NCBI GenBank assembly: GCA_951406725.2
Contig: OX597824.1
Coordinates: 682,001 to 746,000, forward strand
Reading direction: 5' to 3'
From: Octopus vulgaris
Lineage: Eukaryota
DNA length: 64,000 nucleotides
Shown here: positions 58,526-64,000 of the stretch, in pieces
Numbering within the stretch: position 1 is the first letter of the stretch
How the letters are laid out: each line of letters opens with the position of its first letter
Notes under the pieces: model-generated
What the model was told of the DNA's origin: nothing
Seen by the model: the letters and a program-made list of their open reading frames with translations, nothing else
Database searches by the model: none
Position numbers and translations under genes: made by a program

Positions 58526-58908
58526 TCTCTCTCTATATAAACGGCAGTTTGTCTGTGCGTTTTCTGTGTGTCTGTTTTCTCGTACCCTCACCCTGACCAC
58601 GGCTTTCAACCGATTCTGATGAAACTTGACACACACATAGCCCAATGTCATAATTCAAAACTAACGCAGCGAAAATTTTGAAAAAGTTCCCCCAGTTCTG
58701 AAAAAAATCGATAAATTCGACATGGGGTCGAGAATCAGAAACCCAAACCACAGACCGTCTAGGGGACGCAACTCCACCTTTTTTAACACTCAAAAAAATT
58801 TACCATCATTTTTTTCCATTTTTTTGCTATTTTTTGGCTATAACTCTCTAAAAATGCTTTATAGTTATTTCCCTTACAAACCTGAGCAACGCCGGGCGAT
58901 ACTGCTAG
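58526..58908 (+). mobile_element. Non-autonomous Helitron
   Basis: 5' TC start after A, (GTCT)-type repeats near the 5' end, 3' hairpin CCTGAGCAACGCCGGG and CTAG|T end; no TSD. Confidence 0.8.
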
Positions 58909-59055
<147 letters not shown>

Positions 59056-59070
59056 GTATATATATATATG

Positions 59071-59117
<47 letters not shown>

Positions 59118-59132
59118 GTATATATATATATG

Positions 59133-59213
<81 letters not shown>

Positions 59214-59664
59214 GTATATATGTATATATATGTGTGTGTGTGTGTTAGTGTTTGTCCCCTATCACCGCTGTTGATTTGTTTATGTACCCATGACATAGTG
59301 GTTCGGTAAGAGAGACTAATCAAATAAGTTCCAGACTTTAGAAATAAGTGCTAGAGGCGTTTTTTTAGTAAACCCTTTAAGGTGGTACCCCAGTATGGCC
59401 ACAATCTAATGCCTGAAAATGGGAAAATATGACATAAATATATCGCTCACCAATGTTTTAGAAACTTAAATCAGTTATCGAGTTATTTTGTTAAATCTTA
59501 TTTATTATTGAAAGCTCTTCAGTGATATCCGAACTGATTTCTGTCCAGAGTGATGTGTAGACAGATTGTGTAGAGAGTAGGACGAAATGGTATTGAATAC
59601 CTAGTTACGCTCCTTCACATTCTGAATTCAAATCTTGGTGTAAATTCGTGGATTGCAACAGAAT

Positions 59665-59841
59665 TTGTTGTATCTCAGGAGGGTCAGTACACCAACAATA
59701 AACACACGCACTGGATCAACTTCACTTCTTTAAAATCTTTCGTCAATTGGCTACCCACTCGACGAATAATTATAAAGAAGTGAAATGAAACCAATGTGTG
59801 TGCTTATTATTTGCACAATGACCTTTCCGAGATGCAACTAA
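59665..59841. mobile_element. Old MITE-like imperfect inverted repeat
   Basis: GTTGTATCTCAGGAGGGTCA..TTCACTTCTTTA..TTCGTC / GACGAA..TAAAGAAGTGAA..TGACCTTTCCGAGATGCAAC. Confidence 0.6.
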
Positions 59842-60560
59842 ACATCTGCATCTATTGTTTATCAATCTATCTGTCTGTCTGTCTGCTTACCTGCCTACCT
59901 GTCTGTCTGTCTGTTTGTCTGTGTGAAAATTATACTTTGGGAGGTTTATTTCTCAAATAAAAATTTTCCGTCCTTTTTTTAAATTTTTATAAGCCAGCTA
60001 ATTAACTAATGAATCAATTATTTAATTAAGTGTTTGATTAATCACTCAGTTAATTGGTCAGTCTGTCTCATCTGCTCTACTAGTTTCACAATCTTTTCTG
60101 ACAGATGTACAGAAGCAGAAGATACATTATCGATAAGGTAGCAGAAGTGTGACAAAAGGACTCTGATAAATTGATTGATCTCTGATGATTGATTAATCTT
60201 GCAAATAATTAATTAGTTAATTAGTTTACTTGTTGATTGATAAGAAGAAAATGAAGTGGCATACTACCAGTGCGTGTATTTTTTGTGGGTAAAAACGACC
60301 TTCCCAAAGCATAAAAATATTGGTTTCAACACACGGTTTCACTCCAAGAATCTTGTGGAACAAATACAAAAACGAGACATGCACACATTCATTCATTCAT
60401 TCATTCATTCATTCATTCATTCATTCATTCATTCATTCATTCATTCGACGCATTAATTGATTAACTAATTCACTAATTCAATAATTCATTAATCTTTGCA
60501 TGCATTCAATCATTCTTTATGGCATTCACTCTTTTCTTCATTCACCTAGTCATTAAATCA

Positions 60561-60632
<72 letters not shown>

Positions 60633-60673
60633 GATAATAGTAATGATATTAATAATAATAATAATAAAAAGAA

Positions 60674-60905
60674 GGCGGCGAGCTGGCAGAAACGTTAGCA
60701 CGCCGGGCGAAATGCTTAGCGGTATTTCGTCTGCCGTTACGTTGTGAGTTCAAATTCCGCCGAGGTTGACTTTGCCTTTCATCCTTTCGGGGTCGATAAA
60801 TTAAGTACCAGTTCCGCACTGGGGTCGATGTAATCGACTTAATACCTATGTCTGTCCTTGTTTGTCCCCTCTAAGTTTAGCCCCTTGTGGGTAATAAAGA
60901 AATAG
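60674..60905 (+). mobile_element. Full-length young SINE family A with TSD
   Basis: Very similar to 5543-5772; flanked by duplicated GATATTAATAATAATAATAATAA. Confidence 0.92.
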
Positions 60906-61101
60906 ATATTAATAATAATAATAATAAGAATCATCCATGGATGAAATTTATGAATATTCTAGTGTATCGCATCGCGCGTTTCCACAAACCACATGCTTTT
61001 TGTGACCATAGACCGCATATGATAACAATATAATCTGTAATATCCATAAGAACTTTTATATGCGTACTCAAAAAAAAAAGTTTACCATAAAAGACATTAA
61101 A

Positions 61102-61188
<87 letters not shown>

Positions 61189-61365
61189 CACTGAAATGAA
61201 TTTTAAAAAAGTGGTTGTGTGGTTAAGAAGCTTGTTTCTCAATCACATGACTTTGGGTTCAGTCCTACTGCGTGGTACTTTGAGCAAGTGTCTTCTACTA
61301 TAGTCCCAAGCCGACCAATGTCTTGTCAGTGGATTTGGTTGACGGAAACTGAAAGAAGGCCGTCG

Positions 61366-61414
<49 letters not shown>

Positions 61415-62209
61415 GTCTGTCTGTCTGTCTGTCTGTCTTATCTAACTGAATGTGTGTGGTGTATGTAACTGTGTATGTTGAAGGCTTTTGAACCTTTCAT
61501 GGCCGACCTTCTTGGAACCCCTGTAAATCTTTATCTCTCTCAGATGTATTGGCTTTATCTTTTCTCTGAACCCAAGATATTCGGGTGAGATAATTCCCTT
61601 GATAAGTGCGCGGGCCACCATAGGTGGCTTAATTCAGTCTTGGTGAGGATTATTAACTCTTCTTAATCTTTAATCACTGTTACATGTATTGATGGGTGAT
61701 TCTGCATTTGTCGTATCTTCGGAAGCGACAAATAAGATTCATTCATTGACCGCATTAATTAAGTCATTCACTCATTCGATAATTCATTAATCAATTCACG
61801 TATTCATTCACTCACTCGTTAATCCCTTCACTCATTCATTATATCATTCACTCTTTCTTTCATTCACTTATTCATTCATTCACTCATTAATTCTCTCATT
61901 CTCTTATACTCTCATTCATTCATTCATTAATTCATTCATTAATTCATTAGTTCGTTCACTCATTAATTAATTAACTCATCTCTTTAATCAAAACGTTCCA
62001 CCCTGCTGCAATTCCATTATATTGTTGCTTCAGTATGTAACAATTCTCTCTCAACGAATTTTAGTTACGTCAGTCTTTTAGACTAAGACGTCCAACCAAG
62101 TACCGTTACACGGTAACTCAATTTGCTAGACATGACAGCTATATTCCCTTCGAAATACATTCAATACCGTTTTAAAACCGGAGATGGTGGACTTTGTAGT
62201 CGAGGTTAT

Positions 62210-62758
62210 ACAAGAAGGGATGTTCATCCATTTCTTACTTCTTTCCTCAAAGCCTTAGAGTTAACTCTGCTGCCTAACATTGAGGACCTGGATAGACAGT
62301 GTATTCAATGGAAGGCCATATGTGTTTCAGTAAGACTCTGCACTATCACACATGGTTCTAGTAATACAGGAAAGGATGGCTGAAAATTTTCATGATCACA
62401 CAACCCCTAATATTTGGCCTCCTAATTCCCCAGATCTCAATCCATTGGACTATTACATGTGGAGCGTTGTTGAGAGAGAGATCAATGAACATACCCATAA
62501 CACCAAAGATTCTTTGAAAGCTGCCATAGTCAGAGTAATGTCCAAAATGAACCAGGACCATTTGATTCGAGCATGTAGATGATTTAAATCTCATATAGAA
62601 GCAGTTGTTGAAGCTGAAGGTGGCTTTCTGGAATAACATTATAGAAAAGGTTTATTTTTATCCTCATAGCATTTTTTGATAAATAAAGTTATTATCTGTT
62701 ATTATATATCTGAATGTTTATGCACATAAATCTGTCCTCAAATATTTTACACACCCTG
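62210..62758 (+). mobile_element. 3' fragment of a Tc1/mariner-superfamily (maT/DD37D-like) transposon
   Basis: WPPNSPDLNPLDYYMWSVVE..SLKAAI..RACR*FKSHIEAVVEAEGG; ends ACACACCCTG|TA. Confidence 0.85.
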
Positions 62759-62958
62759 TACATGCATGCCTGCGTGTACGTTTGTATGTATGTATTCTGC
62801 ATAGTCATGTGTCTGTATGTTCATGTTTGTTTGTGTGTATGTGTGTGTGTGTGTGTGTGTGCCTGCCTGTCCGTATTACCTATCTGTCTGTCTATCTGTT
62901 TACTTACATATCTATTTAGCTACTTACCTACCTACCTACCTACCTACCTACATATCTC

Positions 62959-63014
<56 letters not shown>

Positions 63015-63059
63015 ATAGGATTAGCTCGTATACGAGTAGGTATATATTTGTAAAAAATG

Positions 63060-64000
63060 AAGTTCGAAAATGCTGCTGTATTATACAATTTTTAATTTTT
63101 ATATATATACATTATAACATGTTTCAGTTCCTGAAATGAACTTTATCAAAAAAAGTTATATATAAAAAGAGACAGCTCATGCCGTCAAACACAAGAAATT
63201 CATTTATAATACACAACGGAGTCAGACATCTTAGAGTTCATGTATAGTTGATATATAGTTCATGTATAGTTGATATATAGTTTGAAGTATATGTTCAAAG
63301 TGTTCGATGCAGTGGCCCACGGTGGCGATACGTATTCAATACAAAAAACAGATCAAAGTGGTGGAAAGCGGTCAATACAGAAGATTGATGTTTCCGAAAG
63401 AGCGAGGAATTCATTTTTACCTTAAGCAAATGTGATGACCCATGGTGGTTCAGCGAACATCCACCATGGGTCATCACATGATAACTGCATGGTATGCAAG
63501 ATTAACTGTAGAACTAGGAATGTCGTCTACAGTATAAGATGCATAGAACGTGCTTGTAAAGACAAGAACATGATATACATAGGTGAGACATCTAGGAACA
63601 TTGCGGAAAGACTAGATGAACATCTGAGACTAAATGACGACCAAAACAGCCCTCCATACCCTACCAACATACCAAGGACCAACATGGAGGCACACTGGGT
63701 CAACTTAACATCCACATTTTATCCAAGCACCCGAAGGATCCAACACTGAGACAAATACAGGCGTGCGTCTTCATAAATGAAACATCCCCAGTACTGAATA
63801 GGAAATATACGTAGAAGGTAGTCATACCCCAATACCCACAGTTTATATATACACAGGTAGAGTTGTTAGTAGGCAAATATATATATATATATATATGTTA
63901 TATGTTGTTAGTATATATATATATATATATATATATTTCTTGTGTTTGACGGCATGAGCTGTCTTTTTTTATATATAACTTTTTTTGATAAAGTTCATTT
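63060..64000 (+). mobile_element. PLE fragment with GIY-YIG endonuclease and inverted terminal modules (runs off the window)
   Basis: CMVC..NCRTRNVVYSIRC..C..IYIGETSRNIAERLDEH (63485-63630); 63134-63199 is the reverse complement of 63935-64000. Confidence 0.85.

Overview
AT-rich, microsatellite- and transposon-dense eukaryotic DNA, most likely an octopus genome (inferred from the repeat landscape, not tested). The only host gene is the first coding exon of a cholecystokinin/sulfakinin-type GPCR (54674-55532, +), followed by at least 8.5 kb of intron. The rest is tRNA-derived SINEs, LINE remnants (RTE, CR1, Tx1/L1, R4-like), Penelope-like element (PLE) fragments, mariners (one nested pair), Helitrons, decayed hAT elements and long (TA)n/(CA)n/(TATC)n tracts. 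The most notable signal is a set of more than 15 hammerhead-ribozyme-like folds from several unrelated sequence families. Most lie in short PLE-type modules next to (TA)n tracts, and four of the modules are 130-530 bp near-spacerless palindromes. Some folds have intact cores, two have long stem-II insertions, and several show compensatory U3:A8 or G3:C8 swaps of the C3:G8 tertiary pair. All folds were read by eye; none was computed or tested.
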